From: an uncultured Acidimicrobiales bacterium
GTDB lineage: Bacteria > Actinomycetota > Acidimicrobiia > Acidimicrobiales > UBA10347
Reading direction: 5' to 3'
DNA: 64,000 nt
Assembly (NCBI GenBank): GCA_943788915.1
Contig: CALSSD010000010.1
Coordinates: forward strand, 248,001 to 312,000
The position numbers and the translations under genes were made by a program. The notes below the pieces were generated by a model. That model worked only from the letters and a program-made list of their open reading frames with translations, was not told where the DNA came from and did not search any database. Below, piece by piece: positions 11,467-21,916 of the stretch. Position 1 is the stretch's first letter, and each line of letters opens with the position of its first letter.

Positions 11467-12787
11467 GTGGCCACAATACAGTTCGGAACCGACGGTGTTC
11501 GGGGTCGCGCTTATGAAGATCTGTCGCTGGCGGACGCGTTCCTTATCGGACGCGCCGCCGCCGACGTTTTTGGCGGTACCACCGCGGTTATCGGACGCGA
11601 TACCCGCGAGTCAGGACCGGCGCTGACTGCAGCGTTGGCCGCTGGCCTCGCCGCAGGTGGCATCGAGGCGCTCGATCTAGGCGTGGCTCCCACGCCAGCG
11701 GTGGCATTTGTTGCTGGACAACGCGGTGCTGTTGGTGCGGTGGTGTCGGCGTCGCATAACCCGTGGTTCGATAACGGCATCAAGCTGTTTAGCCCCCAGG
11801 GCTCCAAGCTCAGTGATGCAGATCAAGCTGCGGTCGAGGCCCGGCTTGGACAACTCGACCCGTCACTGGCCACCGTTGAGCCGTCCCAAACGATTCGCGT
11901 CGATTCAGGCCGAAGTCGGCGGTTGGGTGCAAGCCGTTCAAAGCTCGATCGATGTCGACCTGACCGGCCTCCATGTGGTTGTCGACTGCGCTCATGGTGC
12001 AGCGAGTCATGTTGTGGCTCCGGCGTTGGCTGATCTTGGCGCCCAGGTCACCCCAATGTGCAACCAGCCCGATGGCCGCAATATCAACGAAGCGTGCGGC
12101 TCCACGTACCCACAATCGCTTGCGAAGGCAGTAGTCGACGCCAACGCCGACATTGGCCTCGCCCTCGACGGTGATGCCGACCGGCTTCTGGCTGTGGACC
12201 ATAGGGGCACCGTGGTCGATGGCGACCAAATTATGGCGATGCTGGCCCTCGACATGGACCAGCGAGGCCTGCTGGCAGGTTCTCAGCTTGTGGTTACGGT
12301 CATGTCAAACCTGGGTCTGCTCCGTTCCATGGACGCCGCCGGGATCTCCGTTGAGGTCACACCAGTTGGTGATCGCAACGTGCTGATAGCGCTCGATCGG
12401 CTCGGAGCGAACCTCGGTGGGGAACAGTCGGGTCACCTGATCTTTACTGACCACGGAGGTACCGGCGACGGACTTCTTAGCGGCGTGCAGCTTCTCGGTT
12501 TGCTGAAGCGCTCCGGCAGGACGATTCGTGATCTTGCAGCGTCCTCCATGGTGGTTTTTCCACAAGTTTTGCAGAACGTGCGGGTGACTCAACCGATGCC
12601 AGATATCGCTGACCGGATAGCGAAAGAAATCGCCAAGGCCGAGGCCGCTCTTGGCGAGCAGGGGCGGGTGTTGGTGCGGGCTTCGGGGACGGAACCGGTC
12701 ATTCGAGTCATGGTCGAGGCATCGGAACAAGCGCTAGCACAGCAGACTTGTGACGGGTTGTGCGCAGCGGTGGCCGAGCTCGTCTGA
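11467..12787 (+). CDS. glmM: Phosphoglucosamine mutase, one +1 frameshift near 11880-11905
   Basis: FGTDGVRG, GRDTRESG, SASHNP in the first frame; DGDADR, GGEQSGH, RASGTEPVIRVMVE in the next frame; rpsI-glmM-glmS synteny. Confidence 0.95.
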
Positions 12788-12844
12788 CCGTGTGGCGGGT
12801 GGCTGTCGCTATCTGCGGGCCGGGGCATCCTAGAGTGTTGCCTT

Positions 12845-15800
12845 ATGTGCGGAATTGTTGCCATTGTCCGTCGACAATCGACTCGTGCGGTGCCAAGCGC
12901 GGCTCAGGTGCTGACGTTGGTGAATGCCGCAGCGGCAGCATTCGATGCCGACAGCGTCACGTCGCTTGATGGGTGTCGGGCTTCGCTGCAGGAACTCAAT
13001 TCGCTGCTGCTGGGTGTTCCCGGCGCCGTTGCGCTGCTGGAATCGCCGGGTCTGAGTGCTGAGATCGCCGCCCAACTCGATCCCCTGATGAAAACACTCA
13101 CCACGACTGCCGACGATGCGGTTGCCAGCGGTGAGATTATTGCCGAGGATCTCAATGCCGCCCGCCGAGCGATCAAGGATGTGTTGTGGGCGGTACTCCG
13201 TGACCGATTAAGCGTCCCAGAGGGCATCCGTGCGTTGGGTGGAGCTGGGGAATCCGCCGCCGTGATCGCCGCCCTCTGTTCGGTGCACGACGCCCTGTCT
13301 GCGCTTGACCGTCTTGAAGTGCGAGGGCGCGATTCCCTCGGTCTGCATCTTTTCGTAAGCGGTCATGGTCAAGATCTCGACGAACCGGCGCTCGCCCGTG
13401 CAATCTCGGACCGCAGTGGCGATGCGTCGTTCGTCAACAACGCGGTCCGTCGTGTGGGTGATGTCGTCAGTTTCGTGTACAAGGAATCTGCCGAAATCGG
13501 TGAACTGGGCGACAACACCGCTGCGCTGCGTCGGGCGATTGCTGCCGATGAACTGCTGGTTCGGTTGCTGACCAACGATGGGGCTCAGGCCATGGTGGTT
13601 GGTCATACCCGGTGGGCCAGCGTGGGCATTATCAGCGAAGCGAACGCACACCCGGTCAACAGCGAAGCAGCTGGGCGGGGCAACGATCACTATTTCGTTG
13701 CTGCGCTAAACGGTGACGTCGACAACTATGCCGATCTTGCCGCCGAAGCCGGACTGTCCTTCCCCGCAACGATCACGACCGATGCCAAGGTCATCCCAGC
13801 GCTGGTTGCTGATCGTGTCCGCAATGGCGAAGATCCGACCGAGGCCTTTCGGTCCTGTGTCGCGTCGTTCGATGGATCGGTTGCGATCGCACTCGCAGGT
13901 GCACACGAACCCGATGTGCTGAGACTTGCACAACGCGGCAGCGGCCAAGCCATTTATGTCGGTCTAGCCGAGGACACCTTTGTTGTCGCGAGCGAGCCTT
14001 ACGGCATTGTTGAACTAACCCCGAACTATGTGCGGCTCGACGGCGAAACGCCGGTAGATCCAGCCAACCCAGCCTCGGCTCGAGGCCAGATTTTGACCCT
14101 CGACCGGAACTATGCGGGCACGCTGCAGGGCCTGACTCGCCAGAGCTACGACCGCACGCTGTTGCCCTTGCTTGAATCAGACATCGTGACCGCCGAGATC
14201 ACGACAAGTGACATTGATCGTGCCGGGTATCCGCACTTCCTACTCAAAGAAGTCTCGGAAGCACCCTCGTCCTTCCGCACCACGTTGCGAGGCAAGCTGA
14301 TCGAATCCAACGGCCACTTCGAGGTTCGGGTCGGCGATCGCACCCTGCCGCCAACGCTCCGTGAACGGTTGGCAGATGGGTCCATCACCCGTGTCTTGGG
14401 TATTGGTCAAGGCACCGCAGCGATCGCTGCGCGTTCCTTTGCCGAGGCACTCGCCGCCCAAGTCGATGGGGGGCGACTGCAAGTCAACTACGACCTGGCA
14501 ACCGAGCTTTCCGGTTTTGGTATGGAGACCGACATGAGTGAGATGCTCATCGTTGCGGTCAGCCAATCAGGCACAACTACCGACACGAATCGCACGGTTG
14601 ACCTGGCCCGTGAACGGGGTGCGTCGGTTATCGGCATCGTCAACCGTCGGGGTAGCGATCTGACCGACAAGGCCGACGGCGTGTTGTACACCAGCGATGG
14701 CAGAGACGTCGAGATGAGCGTCGCCTCGACCAAAGCGTTCTACAGCCAGATCGCTGCCGGGTTTCTTCTGGCTACCGCAATTGCAGACCAGGTTGGCCGT
14801 TCAACTAGCGCCGATGCCATGACGCAGCGGGTTCTCGCCGGGCTGGTCGAGTTGCCACAAGCAATGGAGACGGTCATCGAGTCACGCGACCGTATTGGTG
14901 AGATCGCGGCCAGAGTTGCACCGAGCGAGCCGTATTGGGCAATCGTTGGTTCCGGCAGTAACCGAATTGCCGCCGAAGAGGTCCGAGTCAAACTCAGCGA
15001 ACTTTGCTACAAAGCGATCGCCTGCGACAGCATCGAAGACAAGAAACATATTGACCTGTCCTCAGAGCCGCTGATCTTGGTGTGTGCTGCTGGGCTGCAA
15101 GGAAGCATCGCCGATGATGCTGTCAAAGAGGTCGCCATTTACCGGGCGCACAAGGCGACCCCCGTCGTTATCGCAGCGACCGACGAGACTCGGTTCGGCA
15201 CCACCGATGTGATTGGTGTGCCGACCGTTGAACCCGAGCTTGGCTTTGTCCTGTCCGCAGTTGTTGGCCATCTGTTTGGTTATGAAGCAGCGCTGGCGAT
15301 CGATGCGCTCGCCATGCCGCTTCGTAAGCTGCGCTCCTCAATCGAGACCGAGATTGCCTCTCAGCCCGATAGCTACGGCTCTGACATGCTGGCTCGGCTG
15401 CAACCAGCGATCGTGCAAGCCCGGTCCACATTTAGCAATGAACTACGTCAACGTCGGTACAACGGCCATCTCTCTAGTTCCATTGCGGTCGACTTGGCCC
15501 TGCTGCTGCGGTACGCAACTGGGGTCAGCGAGTTGGGTTCCTACGGTCTGGACTTCGGCAAGGTCGGCACTCCTGCCGTCGTGATCGATGATCTCGCCCG
15601 TGTGCTGGCCAAGGTCATCGACGAACTGACTCGGCCGGTCGATGCCATTAAACATCAGGCGAAGACGGTCACCGTTGGCATCAGCCGTACCGACGAGAGC
15701 CTGCTCCACGTGCCGCTGGTGGCAACAGCCATCGAGGCAGGAGCATCGCGCGATGCATTGGCGTACAGCACGCTGCGCACCCTTGCGGGTATCGACCCCG

Positions 15801-16270
15801 CTGTCGTCGAAGTGCTCGGCTTCACTCGCTATGGCATCCAGGGCGACGTTGCCGGCGACGGCGCCACGATTTCGATTATCGATCGAGGCGGCGTGTCCGT
15901 CGGTATCCCATCTCGAGTTGACTCCGACCCGGTGTTGCGGGGTACAAAACATCGAGTTGCAACCGAGCGCCAGGTGCTGATCACCCGTGGTCGACGTGAC
16001 CAACGCCTGATCGCGTTTGTCCCGGAGGTGAAGGATGCCCAGACGGTCGGCATCACCCTGCTCTACATCAAGCTGGCTGATTCCCTTGAATTGAACCTGG
16101 TGCGGGCTGTGCTCCAGGCGTATCGCAGCCGTTATGAACAGATTCGTGACGCCGTGCTCGAGACCGAGGTATCGTTCGACGAGGTCCCGTTGACATCGAT
16201 CCCGCTCGACGAGTTACTTGTGCACCCAGTTGTGCTCATCGCTGACCGCTGGCGGACGAACGCGAGCTGA
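12845..16270 (+). CDS. glmS: Glutamine--fructose-6-phosphate aminotransferase, long form (1141 aa)
   Basis: N-terminal MCGIV, RLEVRGRDS, GHTRWAS, ANAHP, SQSGTTTDT, SVASTKAF, AKTVTVG; follows glmM. Confidence 0.9.
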   Translation: MCGIVAIVRRQSTRAVPSAAQVLTLVNAAAAAFDADSVTSLDGCRASLQELNSLLLGVPGAVALLESPGLSAEIAAQLDPLMKTLTTTADDAVASGEIIAEDLNAARRAIKDVLWAVLRDRLSVPEGIRALGGAGESAAVIAALCSVHDALSALDRLEVRGRDSLGLHLFVSGHGQDLDEPALARAISDRSGDASFVNNAVRRVGDVVSFVYKESAEIGELGDNTAALRRAIAADELLVRLLTNDGAQAMVVGHTRWASVGIISEANAHPVNSEAAGRGNDHYFVAALNGDVDNYADLAAEAGLSFPATITTDAKVIPALVADRVRNGEDPTEAFRSCVASFDGSVAIALAGAHEPDVLRLAQRGSGQAIYVGLAEDTFVVASEPYGIVELTPNYVRLDGETPVDPANPASARGQILTLDRNYAGTLQGLTRQSYDRTLLPLLESDIVTAEITTSDIDRAGYPHFLLKEVSEAPSSFRTTLRGKLIESNGHFEVRVGDRTLPPTLRERLADGSITRVLGIGQGTAAIAARSFAEALAAQVDGGRLQVNYDLATELSGFGMETDMSEMLIVAVSQSGTTTDTNRTVDLARERGASVIGIVNRRGSDLTDKADGVLYTSDGRDVEMSVASTKAFYSQIAAGFLLATAIADQVGRSTSADAMTQRVLAGLVELPQAMETVIESRDRIGEIAARVAPSEPYWAIVGSGSNRIAAEEVRVKLSELCYKAIACDSIEDKKHIDLSSEPLILVCAAGLQGSIADDAVKEVAIYRAHKATPVVIAATDETRFGTTDVIGVPTVEPELGFVLSAVVGHLFGYEAALAIDALAMPLRKLRSSIETEIASQPDSYGSDMLARLQPAIVQARSTFSNELRQRRYNGHLSSSIAVDLALLLRYATGVSELGSYGLDFGKVGTPAVVIDDLARVLAKVIDELTRPVDAIKHQAKTVTVGISRTDESLLHVPLVATAIEAGASRDALAYSTLRTLAGIDPAVVEVLGFTRYGIQGDVAGDGATISIIDRGGVSVGIPSRVDSDPVLRGTKHRVATERQVLITRGRRDQRLIAFVPEVKDAQTVGITLLYIKLADSLELNLVRAVLQAYRSRYEQIRDAVLETEVSFDEVPLTSIPLDELLVHPVVLIADRWRTNAS

Positions 16271-16284
16271 CGCTCGCCCTATTC

Positions 16285-17616
16285 ATGATTCCAATCATCA
16301 CTCCGGCTGAGATGAGGGAGATCGACGCGAATGCACCGGAAACTCTCGACGAGCTGATCGCCCGGGCTGCGTGGCATGTTGCGCGCAACGCTCGTCAGAT
16401 GCTGGGCGGCGTATACGGCCGGCGAGTGATCGCGATCGCTGGTCCGGGAAACAACGGCGCCGATGCCAGGGTGGCAGCCGGCATCTTGCGCCGCTGGGGC
16501 GTTCACGTCGAGATTGTTGCACCCGATACGAAGGAGCTGGCGCCGGCCGATCTTGTCATCGATGGTGCCTTTGGCACCGGCACGAATCGTGCGTACGAGC
16601 CGCCACACGTCGCCGATGGCGTGCCAATTTTGGCTGTCGATTCACCTAGTGGACTCGACGGTCTCACTGGCGAGGCGATGGGCCACCCGTTGGGAGCGAC
16701 GAGGACCGTCACGTTTGCTGGCCTGAAGCCGGGGCTGTTGCTAGGTGATGGGCCTGACCTTGCGGGTCAGGTCGACGTTGTTGCTCTTGGCCTCGATACA
16801 TCGTCTGCCACCGCATGGCTGGTGACCGAAGGTGATGTCGCACCCCGACTCCCTCGACGGCGGCGCAGCGATCACAAATGGAAACGCGGCGTTTATGTCG
16901 TCGGTGGATCTCCCGGCATGTACGGGGCTCCTTTCCTGGCTTCGAGCGCAGCCCTTCGAAGCGGGGCTGGGATTGTCTGGTGTGGGCTGCCCGGTCAACC
17001 GCCACCTGGCACGGCGTCGGAGATCGTCTTTAAGGACCTGCCTGCCAGCGGCTGGGGCCCAGACGTTCTTCGTGACAGCTCCAGGTTCGGGTCGGTTGTG
17101 ATTGGCTGCGGTATGGGTGCAGAACACAGCGCCGATGTGGCCGTTGTCGCTGGTAGCTGCCCGAAACCCATCGTTATTGATGGCGGGGGACTACGTGCAT
17201 TGGGTCGGCTGCCTCAGTTGGCGCCGCATGTCGTGCTCACACCACACGACGCAGAGTTTGAGTCGCTCGCGGGTGAACGGCCCGGCCCTGACCGTTTCGC
17301 AGCGACCCGCTCCCTGGCAGAGCGCACGGGTGCAACGGTGTTACTGAAGGGTCCACTCACCATCGTTGCCGCACCCGACGGCACCTGCCTTGCATCGGCC
17401 GCCGGCGACGAGCGGCTTGCGACTGCAGGTTCGGGCGATGTCCTCGCTGGTGTCATCGGTGCACTGTTAGCTGGTGGGCTCGAGCCGCTCTGGGCTGCGG
17501 CGATCGGGACGTGGCTTCATGGAGCCGCAGGGCAGCAAGGCATGCCACACGGTTTTGTTGCCTCGGATTTACTCGACGGCCTCCGCCAGGTCACGAACCA
17601 ACTGCTTGGCCGATGA
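16285..17616 (+). CDS. nnr: Bifunctional NAD(P)H-hydrate epimerase/dehydratase
   Basis: GPGNNGAD, DGAFGTG, DSPSG (YjeF-N); VLTPHDAEF, LATAGSGDVLAG (carbohydrate-kinase-like). Confidence 0.95.
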   Translation: MIPIITPAEMREIDANAPETLDELIARAAWHVARNARQMLGGVYGRRVIAIAGPGNNGADARVAAGILRRWGVHVEIVAPDTKELAPADLVIDGAFGTGTNRAYEPPHVADGVPILAVDSPSGLDGLTGEAMGHPLGATRTVTFAGLKPGLLLGDGPDLAGQVDVVALGLDTSSATAWLVTEGDVAPRLPRRRRSDHKWKRGVYVVGGSPGMYGAPFLASSAALRSGAGIVWCGLPGQPPPGTASEIVFKDLPASGWGPDVLRDSSRFGSVVIGCGMGAEHSADVAVVAGSCPKPIVIDGGGLRALGRLPQLAPHVVLTPHDAEFESLAGERPGPDRFAATRSLAERTGATVLLKGPLTIVAAPDGTCLASAAGDERLATAGSGDVLAGVIGALLAGGLEPLWAAAIGTWLHGAAGQQGMPHGFVASDLLDGLRQVTNQLLGR

Positions 17617-17791
17617 CGATTGTCGCTGTGGGCGGTTGAACCACCGGGCATCTCGAAGCAGCTTCCAGGTCCGGTTTGGGCGAGTGGATGCCGGTCGAGA
17701 CAGCCGAAGGGTATGTAATGGATCGCGGCGGCAATTTTGCTAGCTAGATTCGTGTCGTTACTGTCCTGCAAAGCCAGACGGAGAAGCCCAC

Positions 17792-18934
17792 ATGCGTCCA
17801 ACCGAAGCAGTCATTGACCTAGGGGCCATTGGCCGCAATGTTGAACGCCTGGTTGCTCGGGCCGCTCCTGCACAGGTATGTGCGGTGACCAAGGCAGATG
17901 GATACGGCCATGGCAGTGTTGCATCAGCTCGAGCCGCTCTAGACGCCGGTGCTACGTGGATCGCTGTGGCGCTGGTGGAGGAGGGCATCGAGCTCCGCCG
18001 GTCAGGTGTGACCGCCCCGATCTTGCTGTTGTCGGAGCCGCGTCCTGGCGAAATGTTCGAAGTCGTCGAGGTCGACCTCACACCGACCGTCTATTCGCCG
18101 GTCGGCCTAGCCGCGCTGGTCGCTGCCGCCGGGTCAAGACGGCTCACCAAGCCGGTCGATGTCCATCTGAATCTGGATACCGGTATGAACCGAGTTGGGC
18201 TACGTCCCGAAGGCAACCGAGATACCGCCGACGGTAGTCATGCCCTCGAAGTTGTGCGGGCGATTGCGGATAAGCCCGATATCCAACTCGGCGGCGTGTG
18301 GACACATCTCGCGGTCGCTGACGAACCTGGTCGACCCGAGACGGATTTGCAGCTCGGCCGTTTCCGCTCGTTACTCCACGTGCTGCGCGATGAACTCGAC
18401 GAGTCGGTGATTATCCATGTAGCGAATTCGGCAGGTCTGTTGGCGCGCAACGACGCGCTGTTTGACATGGTTCGGGTGGGTATCAGCACGTACGGCATCG
18501 AACCAGCAGTTGGGTTGGGTCACGACCTAGGTCTTGAACCAGCGATGACATTGACGACACAATTGTCGATGGTCAAGCGTGTCTTTGCGGGCGAAGCGAT
18601 TTCCTATGGGCTTGAGCACACCTTCGAGGCTGAGACTGTCGTTGGCACGATTCCCATGGGGTATGCCGACGGGCTCCGTCGTGATTCTTACCGCAGGGGC
18701 GGCCAAGTCATTGTTGGCGGTCAGCTTCGACCGATCATTGGTGTCGTCACTATGGATCAAGCCATGATTGACCTTGGCCCGAACGCCGTCGATGCCGAAG
18801 GTGACCCGGTCGTCATTATCGGCGACCAAGGCGACGAATCGATTTCAGTCCACGACATTGCCGCAAGGCTCGACACGATTCCGTATGAAATTGTGTGCGA
18901 TACCGGACGGCGCGTCCGCCGGCGCTACCTGTAG
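17792..18934 (+). CDS. alr: Alanine racemase
   Basis: AVTKADGYGHG PLP-lysine motif, DTGMNRVG, ANSAG, MGYADG, TIPYEI. Confidence 0.97.
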   Translation: MRPTEAVIDLGAIGRNVERLVARAAPAQVCAVTKADGYGHGSVASARAALDAGATWIAVALVEEGIELRRSGVTAPILLLSEPRPGEMFEVVEVDLTPTVYSPVGLAALVAAAGSRRLTKPVDVHLNLDTGMNRVGLRPEGNRDTADGSHALEVVRAIADKPDIQLGGVWTHLAVADEPGRPETDLQLGRFRSLLHVLRDELDESVIIHVANSAGLLARNDALFDMVRVGISTYGIEPAVGLGHDLGLEPAMTLTTQLSMVKRVFAGEAISYGLEHTFEAETVVGTIPMGYADGLRRDSYRRGGQVIVGGQLRPIIGVVTMDQAMIDLGPNAVDAEGDPVVIIGDQGDESISVHDIAARLDTIPYEIVCDTGRRVRRRYL

Positions 18935-18949
18935 CAGCAGGATCCTTTC

Positions 18950-20056
18950 ATGGCCCGGGTAGTGCTCGTCGAGCCGTACTACGGCGGGTCACATCGCGCT
19001 TGGGTCGACGCCTGGGTGCGTCACACTCGCCACGAGATAACGCTGGTCACACATCCCGATGAATTCTGGCGGTGGCGCATGCGCGGCGGGGCGGTCACAC
19101 TGGCTGCTGCCTTCGACGACGTCGTGGCAGCGCATGGCCGGCCCGATGCTGTTGTCGTCAGCGGACTGGTCGATGTCGCTGCCTTTGCGGGTCACGCCCG
19201 GCGATCCCTTGGCAACAGGCCGCTTGCGACGTATGTGCACGAGAGCCAGATGCTCTACCCCCTGGCCCCGAATCAACGGGCTGACACGTCGTTGGCTCTC
19301 GTCAACTGGCAGTCGCTCGTGGCATCAGACCAGGTGTGGTTCAACTCGACGTTCCATCGGGATGCGTTGCGAGAGGCCATGCCTCGGTTGCTGAAGTCAC
19401 AACCCACGCCGTCACACATCCATCTGGTTGACCCGGTCTTCGAGCGTTCGACGGTGTTGTGGCCCGGTGTCGAGACCGTTGCGCTGATCGCAGGTGAACG
19501 AAGCGAACGTGAGATGCCGCGGGTGCTGTGGAACCAGCGATGGGACCACGACAAGAACCCCCACGCAGTGTTCTCGGCGCTGGCTGATCTTGCCGACGAA
19601 GGGGTGTCGTTCACGGTTGCGCTTGCGGGTCAGAACCAACGCCCCGACAACCCCGAGTTCGCGTGGGTACGCGAGCGGCTGGGCGAACGCATCGTCCATT
19701 ACGGTTTTGTGCCAGATGACGAATATCAGGACTTCCTGCTGAGCGGTGATGTTGTGGTCAGCGCTGCTGGTCATGAGTTCTTTGGGATAGCGATCGTCGA
19801 AGCGATTGCAGCAGGAGCTGTGCCCATCTTGCCGAACCGGTTGAGCTTTCCCGAGTTGATCGAACCCTCATGGCACCAGACAACGCTCTATCCAGACGGC
19901 GAACTTCGCAACCGGCTCCGTTCGGTGCTGACCGACGTTGGAGCGGCCAAAGCAGCGGTGGATGGGCTCCGTAAGTCGATGGTTTGTTTCGATGCAGCAA
20001 CCTCGGCGACGGCACACGACGACGCAATTGATCAACTCATGTTGCGCCAACGCTGA
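18950..20056 (+). CDS. DUF3524/GTDC1 (QTMAN-like) GT-B glycosyltransferase
   Basis: EPYYGGSH, WRWRMR, YVHESQ, FNSTFH, RWDHDKNP, HEFFGIAIVEA. Confidence 0.88.
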   Translation: MARVVLVEPYYGGSHRAWVDAWVRHTRHEITLVTHPDEFWRWRMRGGAVTLAAAFDDVVAAHGRPDAVVVSGLVDVAAFAGHARRSLGNRPLATYVHESQMLYPLAPNQRADTSLALVNWQSLVASDQVWFNSTFHRDALREAMPRLLKSQPTPSHIHLVDPVFERSTVLWPGVETVALIAGERSEREMPRVLWNQRWDHDKNPHAVFSALADLADEGVSFTVALAGQNQRPDNPEFAWVRERLGERIVHYGFVPDDEYQDFLLSGDVVVSAAGHEFFGIAIVEAIAAGAVPILPNRLSFPELIEPSWHQTTLYPDGELRNRLRSVLTDVGAAKAAVDGLRKSMVCFDAATSATAHDDAIDQLMLRQR

Positions 20057-20133
20057 CACTGGGGCGTTGGGCTCGGCGTGACTTGTGCCACCAGGACCGC
20101 AGGGCTGGTCCTTGCGGCAGGTAAATTCGTTGG

Positions 20134-20649
20134 GTGGAACGCACCGCCGACTTCTCTGCGCGTTCAGCAGGGCCTGATGACACTGCCGTGATAGCCGAGG
20201 CCATCGCCGCGGTCCTTCTGCCAGGCGACGTACTCGTGCTTGGCGGCGACATGGGGGCTGGTAAGACAACGTTCACCAAGGCACTTGGTGCTGCGCTGGG
20301 TATCACCGAAACAATCACCAGTCCCACTTTCACGCTGCATCAGCAGTACGAGGGCGGCCGGTTCACACTGCATCATCTCGATGTGTACCGGATCGACCAG
20401 ATCGAAGAAGTCGTCGACTTGGCACTCCCGGAACTCTTCGAGAGCGGGGGAGCGGTCGTGATCGAGTGGGGCGACACTATTGCTCCGGCGCTGCCTGCAG
20501 GCTTCGCGTTACTGTCCTTCGGGTTCGGCGATGGAGACGACGATCGCCATATCTCGCTAACCGCCGTTGGTTCGGCATGGCATGTGCGAGTTCCTGGGCT
20601 CAAAGAGGTACTCGCTGACCGGCTGATCGATCGACAGGACGACTACTAA
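20134..20649 (+). CDS. tsaE: t6A biosynthesis ATPase TsaE
   Basis: GDMGAGKTTF, SPTFTL, HLDVYR, IEWG. Confidence 0.97.
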   Translation: MERTADFSARSAGPDDTAVIAEAIAAVLLPGDVLVLGGDMGAGKTTFTKALGAALGITETITSPTFTLHQQYEGGRFTLHHLDVYRIDQIEEVVDLALPELFESGGAVVIEWGDTIAPALPAGFALLSFGFGDGDDDRHISLTAVGSAWHVRVPGLKEVLADRLIDRQDDY

Positions 20650-21347
20650 TGCTCATTCTCGGAATCGAGAGCGCGACCGCTCAGGTCGGCTGCGCTATTG
20701 GCGGCCACGAAGGTGTTCTCGCATCGACTCATTCGGCTCGCGCCCGGCGCCATGCCGAATCTCTGGCTCCCCAGATCGAATTCGCGCTGTCACAAGCCCG
20801 TATCAGGATTGACGAGATCAGTGTTGTTGCGGTCGACGTTGGTCCTGGCCTGTACACAGGCTTGCGGGTCGGTATCTCGACCGCGATGGCTACCGCATTC
20901 GGGCTAGGCGTTCCCATGATTGGCGTAAGCAGCCTGGATTTGCTCGCCTTTCCAGTACGCCATACTCGTCGGCTTATCGTGGCCACGATCGACGCTCGCC
21001 GTGGTGAACTCTTCACCGCGTTCTATCGGCAGGTGCCAGGCGGGATCCAACAAGTTTCCGAACCGCGTGTTGTTACGCCCGATGATCTCTATGGCGAACT
21101 CCAAGCAGCCAGCACTGAATGTCTCGTGGTCGGCGATGGGGCATTGCGGTATCGCGACCAACTCGAAGGCCTGACCAAGGTCGAGATTGCCGACGTGAGC
21201 CTGGCGTACCCCTCTGCATCCTCGCTCGTAGCGCTGGCTCATCCTCGGGCATTGCGCGAAGAGTTCGTGCAACCAGCCGAGATCACGCCGCTGTACTTAC
21301 GTCGGCCCGATGCCGAAGTCAACTGGGAAACGAGGCCAGAGCGGTGA
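20649..21347 (+). CDS. tsaB: t6A biosynthesis protein TsaB
   Basis: ILGIESAT, HAESL, GPGLYTGLRVG, DARRGE, PLYLRRPDA. Confidence 0.97.
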   Translation: MLILGIESATAQVGCAIGGHEGVLASTHSARARRHAESLAPQIEFALSQARIRIDEISVVAVDVGPGLYTGLRVGISTAMATAFGLGVPMIGVSSLDLLAFPVRHTRRLIVATIDARRGELFTAFYRQVPGGIQQVSEPRVVTPDDLYGELQAASTECLVVGDGALRYRDQLEGLTKVEIADVSLAYPSASSLVALAHPRALREEFVQPAEITPLYLRRPDAEVNWETRPER

Positions 21348-21916
21348 CACCGCAACCAGCGACACCCCTGACACCTCGCACATTGCGGGCACTCACCGAG
21401 GGCGATATCGCCGCGCTGCAGGTCATCGATGATGCTGCACACGGCCAGGCTTGGTCGCAGCGCACATTCACAGACGAGGTCGAACGCTCCGACCGACTCC
21501 ACCTGGTTGCGGAAACCGACTCGGGCATCGTGGGTCATGCATCTGCATGGATCGATGGCTCCTCGTGTCGTATCACCAATGTGGCCGTGGCTTCTGACCA
21601 CCATGGTTGCGGACATGCCACCGCACTGTTGTTGGCCCTCATACACCAGGCGCTTACCGCGACCAAGGTTGCGAATCTGCAGCTCGAGGTCCGGCCAGCG
21701 AACCGGCGGGCCCAGCGGATGTATGGCCGTTTCGGCTTTGTGCCGGTAGGTATCGAGCGGAACTTCTATGACCGCAGCGATGATCAAGGCAGCAAGGACG
21801 CTGTGATTATGGCTGTGGCCGATGTGTGCACCGATGTGTGGCGAGAGCGCCTTTCGGCACTCCAAGACGAACACGACCTATCCACGAACAACACCGACGC
21901 GGGAGCAGCAGCATGA
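21344..21916 (+). CDS. rimI: Ribosomal-protein N-acetyltransferase (GNAT)
   Basis: GTG overlapping tsaB stop; ITNVAV, LEVRPANRRAQRMYGRFGF; tsaB-rimI-tsaD synteny. Confidence 0.85.
   Translation: MTPQPATPLTPRTLRALTEGDIAALQVIDDAAHGQAWSQRTFTDEVERSDRLHLVAETDSGIVGHASAWIDGSSCRITNVAVASDHHGCGHATALLLALIHQALTATKVANLQLEVRPANRRAQRMYGRFGFVPVGIERNFYDRSDDQGSKDAVIMAVADVCTDVWRERLSALQDEHDLSTNNTDAGAAA

Noticed and set aside
11467..12787. glmM as a true pseudogene or two genes
   Set aside because: All motifs are intact across a single +1 shift, and similar indels are scattered through the window
12788..12844. glmS ribozyme
   Set aside because: The gap is only 57 bp and no ribozyme core was recognisable
17617..17791. 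Riboswitch upstream of alr
   Set aside because: An imperfect GGCATC/GATGCC hairpin is present, but I recognised no known aptamer motif
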